Shown here in pieces: positions 42,311 through 53,092 of a stretch of DNA of 64,000 bases (within the stretch, counting starts at the first letter, position 1; every line of letters starts with the position of its first letter). A program made the position numbers and the translations under genes. The notes below the pieces were generated by a model, which was not told the origin of the DNA, did not search any database, and worked only from the letters and a program-made list of their open reading frames with translations. Origin of the DNA: Myxococcota bacterium. Lineage in GTDB: Bacteria; Myxococcota_A; UBA9160; SZUA-336. Where the stretch lies: assembly GCA_965247115.1 (NCBI GenBank), contig CBDFGR010000001.1, forward strand, positions 96,001 through 160,000, read 5' to 3'.

Positions 42311-42762
42311 AGGACCTGCCCCGGGTCCCGCGGGTACACAGTGCTCGAGGGCTGCTCTGGGCGGGCCTCTCTCTTGCGACGCTCGCCCACGTGTGGGCCC
42401 CTGCAGCGCCACCGGACGTGGCGGTCGTTCGCACGGCCGGCGGCTGTCGCCTCGACGCAGCCGGCAGTCTCCCATGTCCGTGCCGGAGCACGCCCGCGAA
42501 GATCCGGGTCCTGCTCCGTCTCCCGCTGCCACTCAATTCTGCCAGTGCGAGCGATCTCGAGGCGATCCGCGGGATCGGTCCGGTGCGCGCCGCAGCCATT
42601 ACCGCGGAGCGGGAGATCCGTGGTGCGTTCGCGTCCGTGGGCGCGCTCAAGCGGGTTCGCGGCGTGGGTCCGGTCATGGCCGAGCGTCTCGGCGAATTCC
42701 TCTTCGTGGGAGGGGTGGATCCGGCCTGCTCGATGAGCGGGTCGCAGCCCTCGTCACCGTGA
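42307..42762 (+). CDS. ComEA-like helix-hairpin-helix protein (start uncertain)
   Basis: LNSASASDLEAIRGIGPVRAAAI...RVRGVGP. Confidence 0.8.
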   Translation: MKDLPRVPRVHSARGLLWAGLSLATLAHVWAPAAPPDVAVVRTAGGCRLDAAGSLPCPCRSTPAKIRVLLRLPLPLNSASASDLEAIRGIGPVRAAAITAEREIRGAFASVGALKRVRGVGPVMAERLGEFLFVGGVDPACSMSGSQPSSP

Positions 42763-42854
42763 GGGGCCAGGAGGCGTCAGCAACGTCCCTTGGCGCGGGC
42801 GCGTCCGGCCTTGAAAGTGCATGAAGCCCGATTGCGACCGATACGGGTTCAGCA

Positions 42855-44051
42855 ATGGTGGCTTGGACGAACCAGATCCTGGCCCGACCCGTGGGAGTCT
42901 GGCGCCGCTCGTACACGGTGCGCTGCCTGGGTCGGACCCTGACCGGCTTCCTGCGCGACCGCTGCGCCCTGCGCGCCTCTGCCCTCACGTTCACAAGTCT
43001 GCTCGCGCTGGTGCCGTTCCTTGCGGTCGTCCTGGCTCTTCTCAAGGGCGCGGGCTTCGAGGAATCGCTCCGTCCCTTCCTGCTGACCAGAGTTCCGGTC
43101 CTGGGCGAGGTCCTGGTCGACCAGCTCCTGGCATACATCGATCGGGCGAACGCGCAGGCGGTCGGCGGCATCGGCTTTGCGGCGCTCTTGTTCTCGTCCT
43201 GGACGTTGCTCTTCAACGTCGAGAACTCGTTGAACCACATCCTGGGCGTGCGCAAGCCGCGCAGCACGCTTTTGCGCTTCGGCGAGTACGTCGCGATGCT
43301 GATCGTGGGCACCACGATCCTCGTGGCGTCGACACTGCTGCAGACCGTGCTCGGCAACCCCATGCTCTTCCAGAAGCTGATCGGGCCAGCCGCCGCGAGC
43401 GGCTTCTCGGGAGTGGCGCTGACGACACTTCCCTGGCTCAGTGTCTGGGTGGGGTTCGCGTTCCTGTACAGCTGGATGCCGGCGATCCGCCTCCAGGCCG
43501 AGGCGCGCATGCTCGCGGCCTTCGTTGCCGGTACGCTCTTCCAGCTCGTTCAGCTCGGCTATATCGAGCTGCAGCTCGGCTTTGCCCGCCTGCACGTGAT
43601 CTACGGTGCGCTCGCTCAGCTACCCATCGTGCTGGTCTGGATTTACCTGTCGTGGCTGGTCGTATTGCTCGGCGCGGAGCTCGCTAGCGCCTTCACCACC
43701 CGCCGCATCGCGAAAGACCCCGGCGCCATCAGGGGTCCGCGGAGCGCCGTGCCGCCGCTCGCGCTGGGGCTGATGGCCCTGCGCGCGACCCTCGCGGCCT
43801 TCCGGTCGGGAGCCGGCACGCAGCGCGCCGACGAGTTGGCGGCGCGCTTCGATACCAGCGCCCACGCCGTCCGAGAGGCTGTGGAGCCGCTGCTCCGGGC
43901 GGGGATCCTGGTGGAGCCGGACGCAGAGCATGGCTATCTCCCGGCGACCTCTCCTTCGACGATCTCGCTCGAGCGGGCGCTCCTCGCGCTTGGTGAGGAG
44001 CTCGTCCTCGAGGAGGAGGCGAGACCCACAAGCCGCTCCCGCCGCGAGTAG
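42855..44051 (+). CDS. YihY/BrkB-family membrane protein with C-terminal winged-helix-like extension
   Basis: RASALTFTSLLALVP, IYGALAQLPIVLVWIYLSW..LLGAEL. Confidence 0.9.
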   Translation: MVAWTNQILARPVGVWRRSYTVRCLGRTLTGFLRDRCALRASALTFTSLLALVPFLAVVLALLKGAGFEESLRPFLLTRVPVLGEVLVDQLLAYIDRANAQAVGGIGFAALLFSSWTLLFNVENSLNHILGVRKPRSTLLRFGEYVAMLIVGTTILVASTLLQTVLGNPMLFQKLIGPAAASGFSGVALTTLPWLSVWVGFAFLYSWMPAIRLQAEARMLAAFVAGTLFQLVQLGYIELQLGFARLHVIYGALAQLPIVLVWIYLSWLVVLLGAELASAFTTRRIAKDPGAIRGPRSAVPPLALGLMALRATLAAFRSGAGTQRADELAARFDTSAHAVREAVEPLLRAGILVEPDAEHGYLPATSPSTISLERALLALGEELVLEEEARPTSRSRRE

Positions 44052-44067
44052 CTACCCTTACCCGGCC

Positions 44068-45246
44068 ATGCGGCGCATCTACCTCGACTACAACGCAACG
44101 ACCCCCCTGCGCGCGGGGGTCCTCCAGGCGATGACCGAGGTTCTGGAGCACCACTTCGGCAACCCGTCGAGCGTGCACTGGGCAGGCGCCGATGCGCGCC
44201 ACAGCATCGACACCGCGCGGCGTCAGGTAGCGGAGCTCGCTGGCGTCGAGCCGGACGGGGTCGTCTTCACGAGCTCTGCGACCGAGGCGAACAACACCGT
44301 GCTGCGCAGCGTGGTCCAACGCGCGGCGGCGGGCCAGGACCACATCGTCACCTGCGCCACTGAGCACCCCTCGATCCTCGAGTCGCTGGAGGAGCTGCGC
44401 GAGAGCGGCGTGCGAACCACCGTGTTGCCGGTAGAGCGCGACGGGCGCGTGGCCCCGGAGCGCTTTGCCGCCTGCCTCGACGAGGGGACGCTGCTGGCCT
44501 CCATCATGTGGGCCAACAACGAGACCGGCGTGGTCCAGCCCATCCCGGAACTGGCCCGGATTGCAGCGGAGCGCGGCGTGCGCTTCCACACCGACGCGGT
44601 CCAGGCCCTGGGGAAGCTGCCGCTCGAGCTGGGGGCGCTTCCCGTCGATTTCGCCTCCTTCTCGGCGCACAAGCTCGGCGGCCCCAAGGGCATCGGTGCG
44701 CTCTATGCCTGCCCCACGAGCCGTTTCACACCGCTGCTGCGGGGCGGACCGCAGGAGCGAAACCGACGCGCGGGAACCGAGAACGTGCCGGGGATCGCGG
44801 GCTTCGGGGCGGCGTGCGCCGCAGCGGGAGCCGACATGGAGGAGCGCTCGGCCCACCTGGCCGGATTGCGCGATCGACTGTGGAGCGGGATCCAGGCGAA
44901 GATCCCCGAGGTACAGTCGAACTCGCCTGCAAACTCGCTCCCGCACACGCTAAACGTCTCGTTCGCCGGTGCCGACGGCGAGGCCCTGGTCGAGGCCCTC
45001 GACGTGGAGGAGATCGCCGTGGCTTCGGGAGCGGCCTGCCACTCGGGCTCGACGGAACCCTCGCACGTGCTCCTCGCTATGGGCGTTCCCATCGATCTGG
45101 GAGCGGGCTCCATTCGTTTCAGCCTCGGTCCGGAGTCGCGGGCTGAAGAGATCGAGCACGTCATCGACATCCTTCCTGGCCTCGTCGAGCGGGTGCGCAG
45201 CGCGACGCGGGCGGAGCGTGCCGCCCGGCAGAACCAGCAGCGATGA
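44068..45246 (+). CDS. iscS: Cysteine desulfurase
   Basis: [32 protein letters not shown]. Confidence 0.93.
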   Translation: MRRIYLDYNATTPLRAGVLQAMTEVLEHHFGNPSSVHWAGADARHSIDTARRQVAELAGVEPDGVVFTSSATEANNTVLRSVVQRAAAGQDHIVTCATEHPSILESLEELRESGVRTTVLPVERDGRVAPERFAACLDEGTLLASIMWANNETGVVQPIPELARIAAERGVRFHTDAVQALGKLPLELGALPVDFASFSAHKLGGPKGIGALYACPTSRFTPLLRGGPQERNRRAGTENVPGIAGFGAACAAAGADMEERSAHLAGLRDRLWSGIQAKIPEVQSNSPANSLPHTLNVSFAGADGEALVEALDVEEIAVASGAACHSGSTEPSHVLLAMGVPIDLGAGSIRFSLGPESRAEEIEHVIDILPGLVERVRSATRAERAARQNQQR

Positions 45247-46325
45247 GCGACCGCTGGATCGTTGCCATGAGCGGCGGCGTGGACTCGTCGGTGGCGGCTG
45301 CGCTGCTGGCCAGCCAGGGCAAGGACGTAGTGGGAATCACCATGGATATCGGCGGCGAGGCCCCGCCGCGGCGGACAGCGTCCAGCAAAAAGTGTTGTGG
45401 GCTGCCCGACGCGGACGATGCGCGAGCGGTCGCCCGCACGCTTGGCATCAAGCACTACGTCGCGAACTACAGGAGCGCGTTTCGAGAGGCGGTGGTCGAG
45501 CCCTTCGTCGAGGACTACCTCGCGGGACGCACGCCCATCCCCTGCATCGCCTGCAATCGTGTGCTCAAGTTCGACATCCTGCTGCAGCGCGCGAGGGCGC
45601 TTGGCGGGCGGGGCGTCGCGACAGGTCACTACGCTCGCATTGCCCCCGGTCCCGACGGAGAGCTGGCCTTGTACCGCCCCCGCGATCGCGGGAAGGACCA
45701 GACCTACTTCTTGTTCGATCTGCCGCGTGCCGTGCTGCCCTCGCTCTCCTTTCCGCTCGGCGAGCTCGAGAAGTCGGAGGTGCGGGAGATCGCGCGCAGG
45801 CTCGGGCTGGCGACCGCGGACAAGCCCGAGAGCCAGGGCATCTGCTTCATCCCCGACGGAAACGTGCGCTCTGCCCTCGACCGGCTGCGCCCCGGTCACG
45901 AGCGGCGGCCCGGCGCGATCGTCGACGGGGGCGGTCTGGTGCTGGGCCAACACGACGGGGCGCTCGGCTACACGCTCGGCCAGCGCAAGGGACTCGGCCT
46001 GTCGGGCGGACCCTGGTACGTGAGCGAGGTGAAGCCGGCGGAGAACCAGCTCAGGGTGAGTCGCGCGGAGCGGCTGTGGCGGCGAGAGGTGCACGTGAGG
46101 GGCTTGTGCTGGTTCGATGGCCAGCCTCCGCGGAATCCCGTTCGGGTGCAGATCCGGCATCGGCAGGCCAGCGTGACAGCCCGTCTCGAGCCGGCCGCGA
46201 GCGCGGCCGGAACGCTGCTGCTCGAGGAGCCCGCCTGGGCGCCCGCACCGGGCCAGGCTGCGGTCGTCTACGATGCGGCAGACTCGCGCGTGCTCGGAGG
46301 AGGCTGGATCACTGGCTCGGTCTAG
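45243..46325 (+). CDS. mnmA: tRNA 2-thiouridylase
   Basis: [39 protein letters not shown]. Confidence 0.97.
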   Translation: MSDRWIVAMSGGVDSSVAAALLASQGKDVVGITMDIGGEAPPRRTASSKKCCGLPDADDARAVARTLGIKHYVANYRSAFREAVVEPFVEDYLAGRTPIPCIACNRVLKFDILLQRARALGGRGVATGHYARIAPGPDGELALYRPRDRGKDQTYFLFDLPRAVLPSLSFPLGELEKSEVREIARRLGLATADKPESQGICFIPDGNVRSALDRLRPGHERRPGAIVDGGGLVLGQHDGALGYTLGQRKGLGLSGGPWYVSEVKPAENQLRVSRAERLWRREVHVRGLCWFDGQPPRNPVRVQIRHRQASVTARLEPAASAAGTLLLEEPAWAPAPGQAAVVYDAADSRVLGGGWITGSV

Positions 46326-47019
46326 ACCCCGGAACGAGCTAGAGCGCTGCCTCGGACACTCCTTCTCGAAGCCCGAGTTGCTCGAGCGGGCGCTGACGCA
46401 CGGCTCGCGCGCTCACGAGTTCGGCAGTGACGAGGGCTCGAACGAGCGCCTCGAGTTCCTCGGCGATGCCGTTCTGGATCTGCTCGTGTCCGAGCGCCTG
46501 ATGGAGGCAAATTCCAGCGCCGACGAAGGCGCCCTCTCGCGCGCCCGAGCCGAGCTCGTGAACACAGCCGCGCTGGCCGTTCGGGCGCGGGCGCTGGAGC
46601 TCGGAAGCTGGCTGCGCCTGGGCAAGAGCGAGGAGAGGAGCGGCGGCCGCGACAAAGAATCGATCCTGGCCGACCTGTTCGAGGCGGTGCTGGGAGCCAT
46701 GTACCTGGACGGGGGACTGGAGCCCGTGCGCGCGCTCGTGGCTCGGGAGCTCGGGCAGGACATCGCCGAGGCGGCCAGCGGCGAGCGTCCGCTACGCGAC
46801 GCGAAGTCTCGCCTGCAAGAGGCCCTGCACGCGAAAGGCGAGCCCGGCCCCGTCTACACGATCACCACGGAGTGCGGGCCGGCGCACGCCCGCGAGTTCG
46901 ACGTCGAGGTGAGCGTGGCAGGTCGGGTGCTCGGATCGGCCACGGCGCGCTCCAAACGCGCCGCCGAGCAGGGCGCTGCGCAGGGCGCTCTGCGCAGGCT
47001 CGACGAGTCCGGCTCGTGA
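46312..47019 (+). CDS. rnc: Ribonuclease III (start uncertain: CTG 46312 or ATG 46273)
   Basis: [23 protein letters not shown]-terminal dsRBD. Confidence 0.96.
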   Translation: MARSRPRNELERCLGHSFSKPELLERALTHGSRAHEFGSDEGSNERLEFLGDAVLDLLVSERLMEANSSADEGALSRARAELVNTAALAVRARALELGSWLRLGKSEERSGGRDKESILADLFEAVLGAMYLDGGLEPVRALVARELGQDIAEAASGERPLRDAKSRLQEALHAKGEPGPVYTITTECGPAHAREFDVEVSVAGRVLGSATARSKRAAEQGAAQGALRRLDESGS

Positions 47020-47891
47020 CCTCGTCGGCGCGGGCCGACCAGGGGCCTCACCGCTGCGGCGTCGTGGCACTGCTCGGCCGCCCCAACGCGGGGAAATCCA
47101 CGCTGCTGAACGCCGTCCTCGGCGAGAAGGTCTCCATCTCGGCGGCGCGCGCCCAAACGACACGCAGTCAGCTGCTCGGCGTGCTGACTCGGCCCGAAGT
47201 GCAGATCCTTTTCCACGACACACCGGGTGTGAACCGAGGCCGAGCCCGTTTCAACCTCGCTCTTACCGAGCGCGCGCTCCGCTCGGCCGAGGACGCGGAT
47301 CTGCGCGTGATCTTGTTCGAGGGCGGATCTGATTGGGAGCCCGTCGAGGAGCGGCTGGCGGAGCTTCCCGGACCCTCGCTGTTGCTGCGCACCAAGTGCG
47401 ACCAGGGCCCACCGGGGCCCGTGCCAGACCCGCATCGCTTTGCCGCTGTGCTGGAGGTCTCGGCTCGAACGGGCTCTGGACTCGAGGCCTTTGTCGAGCG
47501 GGTCACCGGACTTCTACCCGAGGGTCCGGCTCTCTATCCCGCCGACTTCCTCACAGATGCTCCGCTGCGCTTCCTGGCGGCCGAGCGGATCCGCGAGGTC
47601 GTCTTCGACACGTACGCCGACGAGATCCCGTACGCGATCGCGGTGGAGGTCGAGAGCTGGAAGGAGACTCAGGACGAGCTGCGCGTGGCCGCCAACGTGC
47701 TGGTGGAGCGGGACTCGCAGAAGGCCATCGTGGTGGGGCGGGGCGGCCAGATGCTCAAGAAGGTCGGTATCGAGTCGCGCAAGAGGATCGCCGAGCTGTG
47801 CGGGCTGCGCGTGCATCTCAACTTGTGGGTCAAGACCGACAAGAACTGGTCAAAACGACCCAGGCGTGCCAGACAGCTGGGCTACCTGTAG
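47016..47891 (+). CDS. era: GTPase Era
   Basis: GRPNAGKSTL, QTTR, DTPG, EIPY, KH domain. Confidence 0.96.
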   Translation: MTSSARADQGPHRCGVVALLGRPNAGKSTLLNAVLGEKVSISAARAQTTRSQLLGVLTRPEVQILFHDTPGVNRGRARFNLALTERALRSAEDADLRVILFEGGSDWEPVEERLAELPGPSLLLRTKCDQGPPGPVPDPHRFAAVLEVSARTGSGLEAFVERVTGLLPEGPALYPADFLTDAPLRFLAAERIREVVFDTYADEIPYAIAVEVESWKETQDELRVAANVLVERDSQKAIVVGRGGQMLKKVGIESRKRIAELCGLRVHLNLWVKTDKNWSKRPRRARQLGYL

Positions 47892-48025
47892 TTGGCACGG
47901 GTGGCATCTTCGGGTACGGTGCTTGGGAAGCTGAAGGACCGGCCTCGTAAACTACACCTGACAGTGTTGTTGTCGTTGGAGCGCACCCCGAAGTGGCCTG
48001 CGCGCCAACATGTGGAGGAGCGGCG

Positions 48026-49558
48026 GTGAGCGAGCGGAGCGACCTGCACGGCCACATCGACCGGATCCTGGAGGGCGGCTCTCCAGCTGCGCACGAGCGG
48101 GCGAAGAAGCAGGCCAAGCTCTTCGCTCGCGAGCGCGTCGCGCTGCTGCTCGATACGGACTCCTTTGTCGAGGACGCCCTGTTCGCGAACACTCTCGCCG
48201 ACGATCTTCCCGCCGATGGAATCGTTATCGGGACCGGACGGATCGGCGGTCGCGTAGCGTGCGTGATGGCGAACGACTCCACCGTCAAGGCGGGCTCCTG
48301 GGGACGGCGAACCGTCGAGAAGATCCTGCGCATCCAGGAGACGGCGGAGCGGCTCCGAGCTCCACTCGTCTACCTGGTCGACTCCGCGGGTGCCCGCATC
48401 ACGGACCAGGTCGACATGTTCCCCAACCGCCGCGGCGCGGGCCGGATCTTCCACAACCAGGTGCGTCTGTCCGGACTCATCCCCCAGGTCTGTTGCCTGT
48501 TCGGCCCCTCTGCGGCCGGCGGCGCCTACATCCCCGCGTTCTGCGACATCCTCTTGATGGTGGAGGGGAACGCGAGCATGTACCTCGGCTCGCCGAGGAT
48601 GGCGGAGATGGTGATCGGGCAGAAGACCACGCTGGAAGAAATGGGGGGCGCCCGCATGCACTGCAGCAAGAGCGGCTGCGGTGACGTGCTCTGCACCGAC
48701 GAGCGCGAGGCGATCGAGGGGGCGCGACGCTACCTGTCCTACCTGCCCGGTTCTACAGGGGACGTGCTTCCACGCGCCGAGGCGCGGCTGCCGACTCGCA
48801 CGTGCCAGGACCTGGGAGCTGCGATCCCAGAGGACGAGAACCGGCCCTTCGACATCTTCGAGGTGATCGATCGAGTGGTCGACGAGGACTCCTTCTTCGA
48901 GATCAAGCAGCTCTGGGCGCGCGAGCTCGTGACGGGCCTCGCGCGCATCGACGGGCAGCCGGTCGGGGTGGTTGCGAACCAGCCGAAGTGGAAGGGCGGC
49001 GTGCTCTTCGTCGACTCCGCCGACAAGGCAGCACGCTTCATCCAGATCTGCGACGCCTTCGGGCTTCCGCTCCTGTACCTGGCAGACGTCCCGGGCTTCA
49101 TGATCGGGTCGAAGGTCGAGCGCGAGGGCATCATTCGCGCCGGCGCGAAGATGATCTCCGCAGTCTCGGAGGCCACCGTGCCGCGCATCTCGGTCATTGT
49201 GAGGAAGGCCTACGGCGCGGGGCTGTACGCCATGTGCGGTCCCGGTTTCCGTCCCGACGTCTGCATCGCCCTGCCCACGGCAAAGATCGCCGTGATGGGT
49301 CCGGAAGCCGCGGTCAACGCGGTCTTCTACAACCGAATCCAGGCCACGCCGGAGGAGGAGCGAGCGTCGCTGGTCGCCGACCTCCGAGCGGAGTACGAGC
49401 GCGACGTCGACCTCATGCTGCTCGCATCAGAGCTCGTCATCGATGACATCGTCCCACCGGAACGCCTGCGCGAAGATCTCGTGCGGCGCTTTGCGCTGAT
49501 CAGCGACCGTCCCGAAGACGAATCCCCACCGAAGAAGCACGGGATCATTCCCGTCTAG
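48026..49558 (+). CDS. Acyl-CoA carboxylase carboxyltransferase (beta) subunit
   Basis: ANDSTVKAGSWG, DSAGARI, AGGAYIP, DVPGFMIG. Confidence 0.93.
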   Translation: MSERSDLHGHIDRILEGGSPAAHERAKKQAKLFARERVALLLDTDSFVEDALFANTLADDLPADGIVIGTGRIGGRVACVMANDSTVKAGSWGRRTVEKILRIQETAERLRAPLVYLVDSAGARITDQVDMFPNRRGAGRIFHNQVRLSGLIPQVCCLFGPSAAGGAYIPAFCDILLMVEGNASMYLGSPRMAEMVIGQKTTLEEMGGARMHCSKSGCGDVLCTDEREAIEGARRYLSYLPGSTGDVLPRAEARLPTRTCQDLGAAIPEDENRPFDIFEVIDRVVDEDSFFEIKQLWARELVTGLARIDGQPVGVVANQPKWKGGVLFVDSADKAARFIQICDAFGLPLLYLADVPGFMIGSKVEREGIIRAGAKMISAVSEATVPRISVIVRKAYGAGLYAMCGPGFRPDVCIALPTAKIAVMGPEAAVNAVFYNRIQATPEEERASLVADLRAEYERDVDLMLLASELVIDDIVPPERLREDLVRRFALISDRPEDESPPKKHGIIPV

Positions 49559-49603
49559 CGCCGACGCTAACGCCGGGTCCCACAAATGAGCTAAGGTTCT
49601 TCC

Positions 49604-52600
49604 ATGAGCACGGTTCAGGCGAGTGTCGACGTGGCGACCGCGGGACGGGGGCCAGTGCGGGTCGTGACGGCAGCGTCGCTTTTTGACGGGCACGACGCCG
49701 CGATCAACATCATGCGGCGGCTGCTGCAGCAGATGGGGGCCGAGGTGATCCACCTCGGGCACGATCGCTCTGTGGACGACGTGCTCACTGCTGCCATCCA
49801 GGAAGACGCGGACGCGGTGGCGGTGTCCTCGTATCAGGGGGGACACGTCGAGTTCTTCAAGTACCTGCTCGATCGACTGCAGGAGGCAGGGGCGCCACAC
49901 GTGCGGGTCTACGGGGGCGGGGGTGGTGTGATCTCTCTCGACGAGGTCGAGGAGCTGCATCGCTACGGGATCACGCAGATCTTCCGCCCCGAAGACGGGC
50001 AGAAGCTCGGCCTCGAGGGGATGATCCGACAGATCGTCGATGCCGGCGTGAGTCGTCCCGACGTTTCCTGGGAGGAGGAGCTCGAGCGCGTCGGCGTCGA
50101 GCGGCCGACGTCCCTGGCCCGCTTGATCAGCCTGTTCGAGGAGCGCGCGGGCACGGAGGATGGTGAGCTGGCACAGCTACGCGTTGCGCTGGACCGGCTT
50201 CGGCGCGAGGCCGCACCCGTGGTGGGCTTTACGGGGACCGGTGGGGCGGGCAAGTCGAGCCTCGTCGACGAGCTGGTGCGTCGCTTTCGGCTGGAGGATC
50301 CGGAGCGCTCCATCGGCGTGATCTCGATCGATCCCACGCGGCGACGCTCGGGCGGGGCCCTGCTCGCCGATCGGCTGCGCATGAACTCCATCCAGCCACC
50401 GCGGGTGTTCGTACGCTCGCTTGCAACGCGGCAGGCACACGTCGCGATGTCGCGCTCGGTCGCGGACGGGATCCGCGTGCTTCAAGCTGGCGGCTTCGAC
50501 CTGATCCTCGTTGAGACGGCGGGCATCGGACAGGCCGATTCGGAGATCATCGATCTCGTCGACCTCTCGGTGTACGTGATGACGCCCGAGTACGGTGCGC
50601 CCTCGCAGCTCGAGAAGATCGACATGCTGGAGCTCGCCGACGCAGTCGTCGTGAACAAGTCCGACCGTCGGGGCGCGAGCGATGCCCTGCGCGACGTACG
50701 CAAGCAGTGGCGCCGCAACCACGGCGGCGTCCAGCGCTCGGATGCGGAGACGCCGGTGTACGCGACGATCGCGAGTCGCTGGGACGATCCGGGCACGGAT
50801 CGCTTCGGCCAGGCGCTCGGTGCACTGATTGCCGAGCGCGGCTTCCGAACGTTCCCACGTCGACTCGTTGGACCGCCGCTCGAGCCCACGGGTCGGCCCA
50901 TGATCGCCCCTAAGCGCACGCGCTACCTTGCAGAAATTGCGGAGACGCTGCGCGCCTATCGTGCCCGGGCACTCGAGCAGGCGGAGCGCGCGCGCCGCGC
51001 CTGGGCCGTAGCCCAGGCACTCGAGGAGCTGAGCGAGGAGTCGCCAAAGCTGAGCAAGGAGTCGCCAAAGCTGGGCGAGGAATCGCCAAAGCTGAGCAAG
51101 GAGTCGCGGGAGGGGGACGCGTACCCGGAGGCGGTGACCGAAGAAGGCGTGGCGTCACCCGAGATCCTGGCGCTTCGGCGCACCTACAACAGGCTCCTCG
51201 CCGAGCTCGATCCGGAGCTCGTCCGCGAGCTCGCCGCATGGCCGCGGGTGCGCGAGCGCTATCGCAGAGAGAGCCAGTCTTACGAGGTCCGAGGTCGCGA
51301 CATCCCGATCGCGAACCACGTCGAGACGCTCGCCGGTCTCTCCGTGCCTCGGGTGGCGGTGCCCGAGCTCGACGACTGGGGCGAGCGCGCTCGGTTCCTC
51401 GCCTTCGAGAACCTGCCCGGCCACTTCCCGTTCACGAGCGGCGTGTTTCCCTTCAAGCGCACCGAGGAGGAAGATCCCGCCAGAATGTTCGCGGGGGAGG
51501 GCACGCCCGAGCGCACGAACCGCCGCTTCCACCTCCTGTGCCGGGGACAGCCCGCGAGGCGTCTGTCCACGGCGTTCGACAGCGTGACCCTCTACGGGCG
51601 AGACCCGCACGAGCGGCCCGACGTGTACGGTAAGGTGGGGACCTCCGGCGTCTCTGTCTGCACGGTCGACGACGCCAAGAAGCTCTACTCCGGCTTCGAC
51701 CTCACAGATCCGAAGACCTCGGTCTCGATGACGATCAACGGTCCGGCCCCCGTGCTGCTCGCGTTTTTCTTCAACGCGACCATCGATCAATGCGTCGAGA
51801 AGCATCTGACCGAGACGGACCAGCTCGAACGCGTGGTGCGTGAGCTCGCGGCGCGGGGCCTGCCCGGCTACACGGGCGAGCTGCCCGAAGGGCACAGTGG
51901 TCTGGGTCTGTCGCTACTGGGAGTCTCGGGTGACGAGCTCGTGGAGCCAGAAGTCTACGAGCGGATCAAGAGGGACGCGCTCCGCAGCGTCCGGGGTACG
52001 GTCCAGGCGGACATCCTCAAGGAGGACCAGGCCCAGAACACCTGCATCTTCTCCACGGAGTTCGCTCTCCGCATGATGGGCGACATCCAGGAGTACTTCT
52101 GCGAGAACGAGATTCAGAACTTCTACTCGGTGTCGATTTCGGGCTACCACATCGCCGAGGCGGGAGCGAACCCGATCAGCCAGCTCGCGTTCACGCTGGC
52201 CAACGCCTTCACGTACTGCGAGGCGTACATGGCCCGCGGGCTCGAAGTAGACGACTTCGCGCCCAACTTCTCCTTCTTCTTCAGCAACGGTCTCGATCCG
52301 GAGTACGCGGTGATCGGACGCGTCGCGCGGCGTATCTGGGCCGTTGCCCTGCGCGAGCGCTACAGGGCACTCGAGCGCAGCCAGAAGCTCAAGTACCACA
52401 TCCAGACGTCGGGCCGCTCGCTGCACGCGCAGGATATGGCGTTCAACGACATTCGAACGACCCTCCAGGCCCTGCTCGCGCTCGGAGATCACTGCAACAG
52501 CTTGCACACGAACGCGTACGACGAGGCCGTCACCACGCCCACGGCGGAGTCCGTGCGCCGTGCGCTGGCAATTCAGCTCGTGCTGAATCGGGAGTTCGGT

Positions 52601-53092
52601 CTACTGAAGAACGAGAACCCGTTCCAGGGCTCGTACGCCGTCGAGGAGCTGACCGTTCTCGTGGAGGAGGCGGTGCTGCAGGAGTTCGAGCGGATCTCGG
52701 AGCGGGGCGGCGTGCTTGGCGCCATGGAGCGGATGTACCAGCGCGGCAAGATCCAGGACGAGAGCCTGCTCTACGAGGCAAAGAAGCACTCGGGCGAGCT
52801 GCCCGTGGTCGGAGTGAACACCTTCCTGAACCCCGCAGGGGAGAGCGCAGCAGAGCCCCGCGAGCTGATCCGCGCCTCCGAAGGAGAGAAGGGCCAGCAG
52901 CTCGAGAACCTGCACCGCTTCCAGGAGCGCAACGCGGGCCGGGCGGAGCAGGCGCTGCGCAGACTCCAGGCAGTAGCCTCGGCGGGGGGGAATGTGTTCG
53001 CCGAGCTGCTCGAGGTCACGAAGGTCGCGAGCCTGGGGCAGATTTCCGACGCCCTCTTCGAAGTGGGCGGACGCTACCGAAGGGCGATGTAG
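49604..53092 (+). CDS. icmF: Fused isobutyryl-CoA mutase/G-protein IcmF
   Basis: B12-binding FDGHDAAINI, GTGGAGKSS, RMFAGEG, KYHIQTSGRSL. Confidence 0.95.
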   Translation: MSTVQASVDVATAGRGPVRVVTAASLFDGHDAAINIMRRLLQQMGAEVIHLGHDRSVDDVLTAAIQEDADAVAVSSYQGGHVEFFKYLLDRLQEAGAPHVRVYGGGGGVISLDEVEELHRYGITQIFRPEDGQKLGLEGMIRQIVDAGVSRPDVSWEEELERVGVERPTSLARLISLFEERAGTEDGELAQLRVALDRLRREAAPVVGFTGTGGAGKSSLVDELVRRFRLEDPERSIGVISIDPTRRRSGGALLADRLRMNSIQPPRVFVRSLATRQAHVAMSRSVADGIRVLQAGGFDLILVETAGIGQADSEIIDLVDLSVYVMTPEYGAPSQLEKIDMLELADAVVVNKSDRRGASDALRDVRKQWRRNHGGVQRSDAETPVYATIASRWDDPGTDRFGQALGALIAERGFRTFPRRLVGPPLEPTGRPMIAPKRTRYLAEIAETLRAYRARALEQAERARRAWAVAQALEELSEESPKLSKESPKLGEESPKLSKESREGDAYPEAVTEEGVASPEILALRRTYNRLLAELDPELVRELAAWPRVRERYRRESQSYEVRGRDIPIANHVETLAGLSVPRVAVPELDDWGERARFLAFENLPGHFPFTSGVFPFKRTEEEDPARMFAGEGTPERTNRRFHLLCRGQPARRLSTAFDSVTLYGRDPHERPDVYGKVGTSGVSVCTVDDAKKLYSGFDLTDPKTSVSMTINGPAPVLLAFFFNATIDQCVEKHLTETDQLERVVRELAARGLPGYTGELPEGHSGLGLSLLGVSGDELVEPEVYERIKRDALRSVRGTVQADILKEDQAQNTCIFSTEFALRMMGDIQEYFCENEIQNFYSVSISGYHIAEAGANPISQLAFTLANAFTYCEAYMARGLEVDDFAPNFSFFFSNGLDPEYAVIGRVARRIWAVALRERYRALERSQKLKYHIQTSGRSLHAQDMAFNDIRTTLQALLALGDHCNSLHTNAYDEAVTTPTAESVRRALAIQLVLNREFGLLKNENPFQGSYAVEELTVLVEEAVLQEFERISERGGVLGAMERMYQRGKIQDESLLYEAKKHSGELPVVGVNTFLNPAGESAAEPRELIRASEGEKGQQLENLHRFQERNAGRAEQALRRLQAVASAGGNVFAELLEVTKVASLGQISDALFEVGGRYRRAM
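51029..51107 (+). repeat. In-frame 21-bp tandem repeat (~3.8 units) inside icmF
   Basis: CTG(A/G)GC(G/A)AGGA(G/A)TCGCCAAAG units encoding LSEESPK/LSKESPK/LGEESPK/LSKES. Confidence 0.95.
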
